Source: Candidatus Altimarinota bacterium
GTDB taxonomy: Bacteria; Patescibacteriota; Gracilibacteria; BD1-5; UBA6164
NCBI GenBank assembly: GCA_041694155.1
Contig: JASMTS010000014.1
Location: 20,583 to 84,582 of the forward strand
Direction: 5' to 3'
Length of the DNA: 64,000 bases
The translations under genes and the position numbers were made by a program. The notes below the pieces were generated by a model. It had not been told where the DNA came from, ran no database searches, and saw nothing but the letters and a program-made list of their open reading frames with translations. Positions 34,698-45,670 of this stretch are shown one piece after another; position 1 is the first letter of the stretch, and every line of letters starts with the position of its first letter.

Positions 34698-36488
34698 TTA
34701 ATCTAATTGTTCTTTTATTTTTTCATATATTTTATACATAGCTAAACTATCTTGCCCACAATATAGGAGTAAATTCTTAATTTGCTCTTCCTTTTGTTTT
34801 CATGTAATTTTTCATTCAAATATTTTATTTAATGTATTCATAGCAACAAGTCAATTTTTCACTCACATTCAATCATAACTCATTTCAGGCACCATAGCTG
34901 GTAAAACATATTTAATAGAATTAGCCCCTTTAAAATTTAATGAATAATAATATCATTTTGAGAATATATCCATTAAATCATAGGTGTTTTCATTAATCAT
35001 CTCAAATTTATCTCTCAAATTTTCAAATGTTTCAGCTATTTTTTTATTTCTTGTATTTTCAAAAGCTTTATACCAAACTATAAAAGTTTTATCAAAATCT
35101 TCTCAAATATCAGCTACAAATTCATCTAATAAATCTTTATAAGATCATGTTATAACCTTTTCACTTTCAAAATCTACTTTATTGCTATTATTTTCGATTT
35201 TAAGATGTTCTACATTTTTTTCTCAATCTCATACTAAAACTCATCAAAAGTGTTTTATATCTCAATTTTCATACACTTTATGAAGACTATATTGAACTAC
35301 TACTTGTTGATATGGCGAAGTATTATCTAAAAAAGGAATTGGGACACAAAGAGTTTCATAATCATAAAAACAAATCGGATATTTTATATCATCAAATTCA
35401 TTTATAATTGATTGAATATCAATTAGGTCTTTTCATTCTTTTTTTGCTTGTAAATAATTTATTATATATTGTCTTGCTTTTCAAATCACATTTCAAGCAT
35501 TATTAAATTTTTCATGTTCTTCAATACTCAAGTCATCTAATTTAGTTTTTCATTCATAATGTAATTCTTTGACTGCTTTGGGGGAACTTAATCATTTTCA
35601 ATAAATAGTTCAAAACTCTCTTTCTTCTCAAAAATATTCTAAATACTTACTTCATGAAAAATTATGTATTTTATTAAACTCTTCTTCATTCAAAATTAAT
35701 TCATTTCTTATTTGTTTTATAGTTTCTTTTATAACAAGAGAAGTTAATAAAAAATCTTTCCTAATAAATTCTTTGTCTGATTCTTCTCAAATTAATAAAA
35801 CTTTTGATTCTATATCTACTTGATCTAAAATAACTATTTTATATAAATCTATTTCTCAATTTTTTTTATAATTTCAATTCAGATAAGCATAATAAAAATT
35901 TTCTATTTCTCATAGTCAATTTTGAGCTAAAACTTTGTTTATGACATACTTTTGAAATGAAATATCTGATAAAAACTTATTTTCTAATTCTCATGAATTT
36001 TTATTTTTCACTTTTTGGTGAGCTTTTTCTTTTCTAACATGAGTTTTAGCTTTTACTTCTATTAAATCATAGTTTCAATTTCCATTTAGTTTTAAGTAAT
36101 CTCATCTTACAAAAAGATTATCTATTAAAAATCAAGGTTGGTAAATTAAAGCTTCTTTATTTTTAATAGCTTCTATTGTTCTTTTTAAATTATTATCTCT
36201 TTTTGTTTTATAATCATCAGCTATTAAAGTCATATCTTCATCTTCTTCATCAAGAGGATTTTTAGCTGTATTATCTTCAAAAACATCAAGTTTTTCAAAT
36301 CAATATTTTTTCAGAAAATAATCTCAAACTAAATCTTCAACTTTTTGTCAAAGCTCTATCAATTGTTCTCATTGTTCTTCATCTTCTAGTCCTCTTATTT
36401 TTTTATATACAGGCATATTATTTTGTTTCCACCAAGCAAGTTTTGGAAATTCTTTATAATCTACAAATAATGATTTTGTTATTAGCAT
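34698..36488 (-). CDS. DUF2779 domain protein (N-terminal RecB/Cas4-like PD-(D/E)xK region, C-terminal DnaQ-like region)
   Basis: 596 aa. GDYLKLNGNGNYDLIEVKAKT (D..ExK). Further on, ICFYDYETLCVPIPFLDNTSPYQQVVVQYSLH and C-terminal LLLYCGQDSLAMYKIY match the DUF2779 pattern. Confidence 0.65.
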
Positions 36489-36610
36489 AGTTTATAATAA
36501 AAAAAATATTAACATCACTATACACAAAATATATACAAAGTAAATTTTTATTTGGACTTTTAGTAGAAAATAAATATATTGGTATGTAAATATTTCCAAT
36601 TAAAAATTAT

Positions 36611-39600
36611 ATGGCTCAATTATTTAAGAAGAATATAGTAAAAGAAAAATTAAATACTTTTGAAATACCTAATTTAGAAGAAAAAATAGAAGTATTAAAA
36701 AAATGGGAAAAACTTCATAGAGAGGGGACATTAATAAGCAAAAAAGAAGAAGAGCTTGAATGACCTTTTTGAAGTGACTTTTTTGGTAAAATATTAGACT
36801 ATCATAGTTTTTGAGAAAATGAAATTTATAATAGGAAGTTTCAACCAAAAGTTCCAGAATGATGACAAAAAGCAGATATATGACTTTGATTTTTCTGAGA
36901 AAATATTGATATAATGAAAGTTGTAGTTGAATTAAAAGATGCTAAAACTTCACTTGATAAACCTCAACAAAGAGCCTGAAATCTTACACCTGTTCAACAA
37001 GCTTTTAAGTATAAGCCATATTTTAAAGATTGTGACTTTATTATTGTTTCAAATTTTAATGAAACAAGATTGTATATAGATAGTTATTATGACTACGAAG
37101 CTTGGACTTTATCAGATTTAATTAATCCATTTGATAATTATTTTAATTTTAGAAGATTTTATTATCTATTAAATAAACAAAATCTAATCATTAAAAAGTG
37201 AGAAAGTAATACAAAATCTTTGCTTTCTTATATAAGAATTCAAGAAAAAGAAATCACAAAACAATTCTATAAAGAATATACATTTTTAAGAAAAGAGCTT
37301 TTTAAAGATATAGTAACTAATAATCCTTGATTTAAAAAGACTGAACTTGATTTTTTATTAAATAAAACTCAAAAAATAATTGATAGAATTATTTTTATAC
37401 ATTTTTGTGAAGATTTATGACTTTTGCCACAAGATAAATTAAAAGAAGTTATTGAATATGGTGAAAAATCACTTGCCACTACTTGGGAAACATTATCTAA
37501 CTTTTTTAGAGCTGTTGATAAAGGTAGTGAAAAATTAGAAATTCCAGACTGATATAATTGAGGTCTTTTCCATGAAGATACAGAATTAAATAATCTAAAA
37601 GTTTGAGATAAAATCTGTAAGAAATTTATAGATATGTGAGAATATAACTTTGCTGATGATTTATCGGTAAATATTTTAGGTCATATTTTTGAACAATCTA
37701 TAAGTGATATAGAAGAATTAAAAGACAAAATCAATAAACAAGAAGATGCTACTTTATCAAAAAGAAAGAAAGATTGAGTTTTTTATACTCCTGAATATAT
37801 AGTTGATTATATAGTTAAAAATAGTGTTGGTAAAAAAATTGATGAATGGGAAGACGAATTGAAGCAAAAGCATAATCTAAAAGAAAATATTACAGACAAA
37901 AACTATAATAAAAGAGCTATTTTAGTATATGAAGAACTACAAAACAAAGTTCATAATATCAAAGTATTAGATCCTGCTTGTTGAAGTGGGGCTTTTCTGG
38001 TTAAAGTTTTTGATTTTTTACTTGATAAAAATAAGGAAATATCAAAAAAACTTGAAGATTTGTGAGTTAATCAAGGTTTATTTTCAAGTGAAAGTTATTT
38101 TAGAACAATACTTAAAAATAATATTTATTGAGTTGATTTAAATGAAGAAAGTGTTGAGATAACTAAACTATCTCTTTGGTTAAAAACAGCCCAAAAAGGT
38201 AAAAAATTGGCTAATCTTGATAGTAATATTAAGTGTGGTAATTCTCTTATTGATGATAAAGAAATTGCATGAGAAAAAGCTTTTTTTTGGGAAACTGAAT
38301 TCAAAGAAATTTTTGATAATGGTTGATTTGATGTAGTTGTAGGTAATCCTCCTTATGTTTCTACAAAACAAATTAATAAAATTGATAGAGATTTCTTTTG
38401 GAACACATATTGAGATATACTAATTTGAGAAATGGACTTATATCAAATTTTTATTTATATTTCATTAAATAAATTATTAAATAAATCATGAAATTTAGGT
38501 TTTATAACACCTAATTCTTATTATACTAATAAAAGTTTTAGTAAGTTTAGAGATTATATATTTAAAAATACCTCAATTTATCAAATTATAGATTTTCCAT
38601 ATAGATTTTTCCCATTTGATGAAGTTAATACTGAAACATCTATAATAACATTAAAGAATAGTTATAATTATAATAATTTTATTAATTTAGGAAAAATTGA
38701 TAAAGAAAAAATAAATTATTCAAGTAATTTAGATTTATCTACATATTTTAATAATTCATTTAAGCAAAATGATTTTTTCTCTATATATAAAGAAAAAATA
38801 GTAATTGATGCAAATAGTATTCTTGAAAAGTTAATTAATATAAAAGATGTTTTTTGAGGTCATTTAGACTTACATAAATGATGGATGAGTATTCCTAATT
38901 CAACTGAAATTTCATGAGAAAAATATGATAAATGAACTTTTTCTTATGAAGAAATTAATAATTCAGAAATATTAAAAAATAATACTATAAAATATTTAGA
39001 ATGAAGAGATATACATAGGTATTATATAGATAATACTTCTAAGTATGTAAATATATCAAATATTGATGAAAAAACAAAAAAATGGCATATTAGTGAAAAA
39101 ATTGCATTACAAAGAATTGTATGACAAAATAAAAGTAAAATATTTGCAACTTATGTATGAAGTGAATATATAATTTTTCCTAATGCAAATTTAGTTAATA
39201 TAAAAGATAATAAAAATAATATATATTATTTTTTATGAATTTTAAATTCTAAGCTAATAAATTATTTTTATTGAAAATACTATTGAGAAAGTAATACAAA
39301 TATAACAAAAGATGCATTTGAATTAATACCATTTGCATGATTTAAAAATGAAGAAGAAATTATAAACAATGTAATATCAATAATTGATAAAAACAAAAAA
39401 CTTCAGAAAAAAGTTAATAAATTTATCAAAAGATTAAAGAGTAGTTTTGAAATAGAAAAATTATCTAAAAAATTAGAAGCTTTTTATGATTTAGAGTTTA
39501 GTGATTTTGTAAAAGAATTGAAGAAAAAGAAAGTAGAATTGAGCCTTAAAGACCAAGATGAATGGGAAGAATATTTTGATAGTTATAAAAAAGAAATTTT

Positions 39601-39706
39601 AGAATTGAAAAGTGAAATTGATAATTGTGATAAAGAAATTGATGAAATGGTTTTTGAGTTGTATGGATTGAGTAAAGAAGAAAGGGGAGTTGTTTTAAAT
39701 AGTTAG
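36611..39706 (+). CDS. type IIL/IIG restriction-modification enzyme (MmeI-like nuclease, N6-adenine methyltransferase and specificity domain in one polypeptide)
   Basis: 1031 aa. N-terminal ADIGLGFF...VVVELKDAK...IIVSNFNETRLY (D-ExK, MmeI-like). SAM motif VLDPACGSGAFL and catalytic VVGNPPYV (NPPY at 38345-38356). Long C-terminal target-recognition region. In frame with track ORF 39518-39706. Confidence 0.8.
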
Positions 39707-39724
39707 ATTTTAAATTTTTAGATT

Positions 39725-40018
39725 ATGGAGAAAGTAAAAGAAGATATTTTATTTCATGAATCATGACTTAATAAATGATTTTATACAAACTTTAATCAAT
39801 ATACTTCAAATATAAATAATTTCAGATGAAGTTTAATTGTTTTTTCTTGATGATTAATTACTTTTTTAATTTTTTTCACAAAAGATATACAAAATCAGTG
39901 AATATTAGAATTTTGTATTATTTTTTCTCTTATTATTGTTTTTAATTTATCTGTATTAATTTGAGTTGTTTTTCCTATACTTCATTTGAAAATTAACTTA
40001 TATAGAAATTATTTATAG
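39725..40018 (+). CDS. small membrane protein, hypothetical
   Basis: 97 aa with two predicted TM helices. Starts 19 nt after the R-M gene. Confidence 0.35.
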
Positions 40019-40057
40019 ATTGATTTTATTTCTATAGTAAAAAAATGTAAAATCAAA

Positions 40058-40252
40058 ATGAACTTTAATCCTGAAAAATTTAATAAAATTGATATAGATA
40101 AATATAAAAAAGAAACATTAAATTTTCAATATAAAAATAATAATTTACCTTGGTACTTTAATGCCTTTATTATATTAGAGAATACTTTTATTATTATATT
40201 TATAGTATTTCTAATAATACTTTTAATTAGTTTATCAATTTATTATATATAA
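40058..40252 (+). CDS. small membrane protein, hypothetical
   Basis: Track ORF of 64 aa with a C-terminal TM helix FIIIFIVFLIILLISLSIYYI. Confidence 0.35.
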   Translation: MNFNPEKFNKIDIDKYKKETLNFQYKNNNLPWYFNAFIILENTFIIIFIVFLIILLISLSIYYI

Positions 40253-40361
40253 ATATATTTTAATAATATCAATATTAAATCAACTCAATCCAAGGGAATA
40301 AGCTTTTTTATAAATATAATAAGCGATGTAATAGATAATTTATAATTCACAAAATCAGATT

Positions 40362-40790
40362 ATGTTTAATTTTTTTACAAGTAAAAAAGATAATGAAAAA
40401 CAAAAAATAGAATATTTTGAAAATGTTAAAAGTGCTTCTTTATTTTTGGATAAATCTATTTTAACTATATCAAGTGCTTTTCTATGATTTTTATTATCTC
40501 AGTTTGAAAATTTATATGAAATAAAATCACAATTGTTAAACATTATATATTTACATATATCAATTATATCAATTTGATTTACAATATTTTTTGTCTTAAT
40601 TTCATATATTTTAAGCATAAAGCAAGCGAAAATATGATATGATATTTTAGAAAAAAATATTCCTTATGATAAATGAATCATTACTTTTAACAATTATGAT
40701 TTATTTATCGACTTATTTAGAATAATTTATTTTGTTACTTTTATTATTCCTATAATTCTAACAGTTTTATTTTACATTAGTAATTTTTAA
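40362..40790 (+). CDS. membrane protein, hypothetical
   Basis: 142 aa with three hydrophobic segments. Codon-by-codon reading with TGA=Gly ends at TAA 40788-40790. Confidence 0.4.
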
Positions 40791-40949
40791 TATAAATGTC
40801 TGAACAAAAAAAAGAAAAAATTGATAAATCATCAAATAATAGACCTCCTAAAAAATAAAAAAGAACCTAAAGATAAATAATTACCTATAAATAACTATAT
40901 GATAGAGCTTGTTTTATAGTATGACATATTAGTAAATAACTTTAAAATA

Positions 40950-41747
40950 ATGGAATGACTTATCTCACCTAAATATTTAGTAAAACTTATCGATGAAATT
41001 AATGATGTAATTTGGAAAGAAATTTGATGATATAAAAAAGTATTGTTTTATATAAAAAGATGGCATGAAACTAATGAAGAATATAATATGAATTATTGGG
41101 AAAATTTCCCAATAAAATATCAAAATGATACAAATAATATTGACCTATTAGCTACTATAAATGAAATGCCTAATAATATTATATTGAAAATAGCCATTGA
41201 TTTATGAATTGAAACACCAGATTTTATACCATTAATACCTACTTTTAGGAATAATTTAAAAGATAGTTATAAAACATCTTTTCAATCATTTGAAAAAGCA
41301 TTTAAAGAAGTAGAAGATAATCCTGATATGGCTGTATGATTAGCTAATTCAACATTAGAAAGTATAATAAAACATATATTAAAAGATGAAAAAATATCTG
41401 CTAATTTAGATAAAAATAAAACATTATATAAATTAACTGAAGATATATTAAGAGAATTTTCAATGTTTCCTTCAAAAGAAGCTATGAATGAAATAAAAAC
41501 AATTTGAAGTTCTTTATTAAATGCTTCAAAACATATTGAAGAATTAAGAAGTAATAAAACTCTATCTCATTGAAAAATATTAGAAGATTATATAGTTAAT
41601 GATTCTTTATATGCTTATTTTATTATAAATGCTGTTTCGACTATATGAATATTTTTAATTAGTTTTTATAATAAAAAATACAAAAAAATAGAAAATAGTG
41701 ATAATAAAGAATTTGAAGAAATTTCAGTTGAAGACATACCTTTTTAA
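40950..41747 (+). CDS. abortive-infection C-terminal (Abi_C-like) domain protein with C-terminal TM helix
   Basis: 265 aa. NPDMAVGLANSTLESIIKHIL ... KHIEELRSNKTLSHGK resembles the Abi_C helical domain ending in the R-N-x-x-x-HG motif. The helix AYFIINAVSTIGIFLISFY follows. Confidence 0.45.
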
Positions 41748-41756
41748 TATAATTTT

Positions 41757-42422
41757 ATGATAGAAGAAAAAACATTTAGTGATATTAGAAGAAATTATAT
41801 ACTATCATCTGTGATATTTATTTTATTTCTTATTTATTGATGAAGAATAGAAATAAATAAAATTCTATTTTTTGATTTAAGTTGAGAATGGTATTATTTT
41901 TCTCCTTTTATAGATATATTTATATTGCTTTTAATTTTCTTTTTATATACATTTATTAGATATATAATTTATGCTAAATATGAAATTAAAGAGAAATGAT
42001 ATTATTTTAATAGACTATATAGATGAATAAAAAATACTAATATTGATGATTATTCTAAAAAAATATATATTAATGAAAATAAAAAAGAAATTATATTAAA
42101 TTGAATATCTATTAATAAACGGAGTGGTAAAAATGAATTAGAATTACAATTATCCTATAAAGATTGAAATATAAGTTGAACTAACATTAGTATAAAAAAA
42201 ATAAAACAATATTCTTTTAATAAAAATGAAATAACTTTTGAGTTCTTATGAAGTAAAGTTATTTTAAGAACAAAAGAATGAAAAAATAATTATTTTAAAA
42301 CAGACTATTCAAAGTTTGTCTTTGATTTGGATTATTCAAATTTTATTTGGCCATTATCATTAATTTTTATAATATATTTTATATTAATTGTTAAACTTAC
42401 ATACTTCCTATTTTATAACTAA
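41757..42422 (+). CDS. membrane protein, hypothetical
   Basis: 221 aa with N- and C-terminal TM helices flanking a soluble region of about 110 aa. Confidence 0.4.
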
Positions 42423-42556
42423 AAAGAAATCATTATTTAATAAACAATTTCTAATTAATTTGTGTATTTTATTAATAATTTAACTTTTCTTATATTGTAG
42501 CTAAAAAACTAACTGTATTTTTATTTAATACATTTAAAAGTTCTATGTTATTACCA

Positions 42557-42576
42557 GCAGTGCTGCCATTAAAAAA
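42557..42576 (+). repeat. degenerate third copy of the tRNA-Trp 3'-end att repeat
   Basis: CAGTGCTGCCATTAAAAAA compared with TAGTGGGACTGCCATTAAAAAA at 34599-34621. There is a 14-nt exact core CTGCCATTAAAAAA. Confidence 0.45.
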
Positions 42577-42579
42577 AAT

Positions 42580-42606
42580 ATCCCCCTATCATATAGATAG
42601 GGGGAT
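42580..42606 (-). terminator. GC-rich rho-independent terminator
   Basis: ATCCCCCTATC / GATAGGGGGAT 11-bp stem followed on the minus strand by a T run. Confidence 0.7.
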
Positions 42607-42609
42607 TTA

Positions 42610-42975
42610 TTAGTCAGTCAGCTCTAGGTAAGCTTTGAATTGCTTTCTGAGGACTGTTAGTTTGAAGGGCTTATCAACTACTATAGTTCTAACTATAGCA
42701 GTAAAGCCTACTTCATCATTTTTTGTGTCTTCTGTCTGGCCTTTTATTATTTCAAATGAGCCAAACCTTACCAAAAATTCAGTTATAGAGTCAAAAAGAC
42801 TCCCACTAAAATACAAGCGAAGGAGAACTGGTTTTTCTCCTTTGTCTATATAGTTATGCTTACTCTTTTTTTCTACTCTTTTTTTGAAGTTTTGGTAAAT
42901 CTTTTCTTTTTCTTCCTGGCTTAGTTCTTTTTTTGTACATAGCTGAGGAAGAGCCATATGAAGATGTTTTTTCAT
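42610..42975 (-). CDS. hypothetical protein, compositionally foreign
   Basis: Track ORF of 121 aa. No TGA codon (Gly codons are GGA, GGG and GGC x3). Uses C/G-ending codons that are rare elsewhere in the window. AGGAG lies 7 nt upstream of the ATG. Confidence 0.5.
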   Translation of the reverse strand: MKKHLHMALPQLCTKKELSQEEKEKIYQNFKKRVEKKSKHNYIDKGEKPVLLRLYFSGSLFDSITEFLVRFGSFEIIKGQTEDTKNDEVGFTAIVRTIVVDKPFKLTVLRKQFKAYLELTD

Positions 42976-43106
42976 TTTTTTACTCCTTTTTTGTCAAAAA
43001 ATGTTCTTACATAATAAAATAAAAATTATTTTAGTCAATTTTAGTTTGCATATAATCATTTTTTATCTAATATAATAAAAAGAAATATTATATTTTTAAT
43101 CATCAT

Positions 43107-43886
43107 ATGATGAACTCAAGTAACCAGAGTCTTGATATAACAAAGTTTGAGGAGTTTTTGTCTATAAATAGTATAGAAACACCTAATGAACTACAAGAAG
43201 TACAACAAATAATAAAAGTAGAGATACAAAATATACTGTGAACTAATGCTCTTTCTGAATTGTTGATAAAATCAAAAGAGTATTGAATTATCACTATAAG
43301 TGAAAATCTTATAAACAAGTTTGAACAAGAAAAAGAACTAAAAATACTTTGAGTTGATAAACAAAAGCTTATAGATGATTTGATTACTAGAGCATGAGCA
43401 GAGCCTGTTTTTGACTGAGTTATAAAAGATATTTATTATGACTTTTATAATGATCAAATAGAAAATACAAAGTGAAAAACTAGCTTTAGAGTTAGAGAAA
43501 AAATAGATAGCGAAGGTAATTCCAAATTTTATTATACTATAAAAAGAAAAGAAAAAAAAGATAAAGATTCTGCTGTTATGAGAGTTTGTTATGAAAAAGA
43601 ATTCAAAATAAATAATATAATGTTATTTATAGAATTGCTTAATTATTTGTGATTCAAAAAAACTAGAGCTAAGTCAAAAAACAGGCAAGCTTTTGAATTA
43701 TGAAAAATAAAATTTGATATAGATGATTATTCTGGTATTCCAACATTATTGGAAATAGAGGCTGAAACATCAGAAATAGCAGACTTTTATATAAATGCAT
43801 TATGACTCGATAATCATGAAAAAAATAATGGTTGATCTAGATCATTATTTGAAAGATATGGAGTTGAGTATAAAACATTTGATTAA
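43107..43886 (+). CDS. CYTH-domain protein (CyaB class IV adenylate cyclase / triphosphatase-like) with N-terminal extension
   Basis: 259 aa. FRVREKIDSEG...YYTIKRK...FKKTRAKSKNRQAFELGKIKFDIDDYSGIPTLLEIEAE follows the CYTH beta-barrel pattern. Confidence 0.6.
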
Positions 43887-43922
43887 AAAAATAACATAAG
43901 TTAAATCTTATGTTATTTTTTT
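43885..43922. terminator. bidirectional hairpin terminator
   Basis: AAAAAATAACATAAG / CTTATGTTATTTTTT stem. Confidence 0.6.
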
Positions 43923-45670
43923 GTATAGCATTTTTTTTCAGATTTTTTCAGATTTTTTGTTATTTGCTTTGTATTTTATTAATGGTTTTAGATCAATATC
44001 TTTTTTATCATATTTTTTATCTAGCATTTGTATAACATCTTGAAGTTTTTCAAATACTTTGTCTTTTCATATATTTTCTATAAATCACACACTATGCAAT
44101 TTATTTACAACTTTTACTCTAAGATTTGTATAGTATACTTTTATTCATTGTTTTCTAAGCTTGTAATCAAGATCTCTTAGTACTACATAACTAGATGAAT
44201 CAATATTTCACATCCACTCAAAATCAAAAATCACTATTTTTAAATCTGGCTTTTCTGATATGTAATCAAGTACTTTGTTTTCAAAATGTCATACATTTGC
44301 AAAAAATAAGTTACCATCTACTCTAAAAACAGAAATATATTTTGATTTTTTTATCTTGAAAAAATTCGCATCTCTAAATACTCAATTTTTGTACATTGAT
44401 ATTTCTATTACTTTTGGTTTCATTGACCTGTATATATGAAAAGCTAGGGATAATATTACTCAAGTAGCTATTCATACTTCTACATTTGGGCTACTTATCA
44501 TTGTAATTATAAAAGTTATTATAGCTACATAGGCATCTTTTTTTTGTACTTTCCATGCTTCTACTATAGGTTCTATTTTTATGAGGTCAGCTACAGCTAT
44601 TATAATAATAGCAGCTAATGTTGCTATCGGTAAGTGGTATAATAGGGAGTAAGATATATAAGAGTTATTGCTACTATTATTCATGTAACTATAGATGACA
44701 TAGATGACTTGGCTCATGCTCTAAGGTTTACTGCTGTTCTAGAAAAACTTCATGCTACTCAATATCAACCAAATAATGATGATCATATATTTGCCGTTGC
44801 TTGTCATAATAATTCTTTATTAGCTGATACCTTTTGTTTTGTTCTTATTGCTACTCATTTAGCTACAGCAATAGATTCTGTGAATCATATTAGTCATATT
44901 ATAAAAGAAAAAATTATTATTTTATAAGTGTGTTCTCAAAATAATATTTCTTTTGAAAAGCTCAAGTCTAATGATGGTAATCAGCTTGGTATAACTCATA
45001 CAACACTTCATCAATATTGAGACTCAAATCATATATTATATGATATAATAATCGATATTACCAATAATATAAGTACTCTTGGTAATTTTTGTAAGTATTT
45101 TTTTAATAATATTAAAATTATTATTCATACAAATCAAAACAAAAATGTTATCAAGTGCATCTCATCAAGTGACTTTACTATTATTTGCCATATTTGTTCA
45201 AAAATACTTATTCATTTTGATATTGAAAATCAAAATATTTTTTCTGCTTGTGATATTATTGTTATAAGTGCTATAGCATTTGTAAAACCTACTATTACAG
45301 GGTGTGATAAAAATTCTACTATTATTCAGAGTCTAAAAATTGATAATAAAAGATATGTTATTCACATAAAAAATGCCATCATCGAAGCATAAATTATGTA
45401 TTCTTGGGTACTTTGAAGTCATAGTGTTCATAAAGTTGCAGCAGTCATTATTGATACTATTGTTACCGGTCATGTAGACATTTGCTTGCTAGATCATATT
45501 AGTCATCATATTATAACTCATATAAAAGCAGTATAAAGTCATACATATATAGGCAATCATGCTAATCAAGCATATGCCATAGATTGAGGTATCATAACTA
45601 GAGCTACAGTTATCCCAGCTAGTAGATCAGCTCTAAAGAATGTTTTTATTTTGTTTTTTAATTTTGTCAT
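43908..45670 (-). pseudogene. SulP-family anion transporter with C-terminal STAS domain, interrupted by a frameshift near 44640-44650
   Basis: The N-terminal frame (start 45670; LLAGITVALVMIPQSMAYA ... RTAVNLRAGAKSS ... LTP) stops at TAG 44624-44626. The rest (HLPIATLAAIIIIAVADLI ... STAS domain) is in another frame, which is the frame of track ORF 44472-44717. The total span is not a multiple of 3. Confidence 0.65.

Larger units (their letters stand above)
34441..42576. mobile_element. tRNA-Trp-associated genomic island (defence cargo; no integrase detected, probably immobilised)
   Basis: Bounded by the tRNA 3'-end repeats (34418-34440 and 34593-34615) and a degenerate third copy AGTG-CTGCCATTAAAAAA at 42557-42576. 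Cargo is a nuclease, an R-M enzyme, an Abi_C protein and small TM proteins. Confidence 0.4.

Noticed and set aside
40796-40858. 20-codon ORF (MSEQKKEKIDKSSNNRPPKK) between island genes.
   Set aside because: It is too short and low in complexity to support as a gene without conservation or expression data.
42635-42853. Plus-strand track ORF of 72 aa.
   Set aside because: It is antisense to the better-supported minus-strand ORF 42610-42975, which has an SD sequence and a terminator.
43939-43958. Tandem 10-nt repeat CAGATTTTTT x2.
   Set aside because: There are only two units, it lies within the C-terminal tail of the sulP reading frame, and it shows no CRISPR-like spacing. No CRISPR array was seen anywhere in the window.
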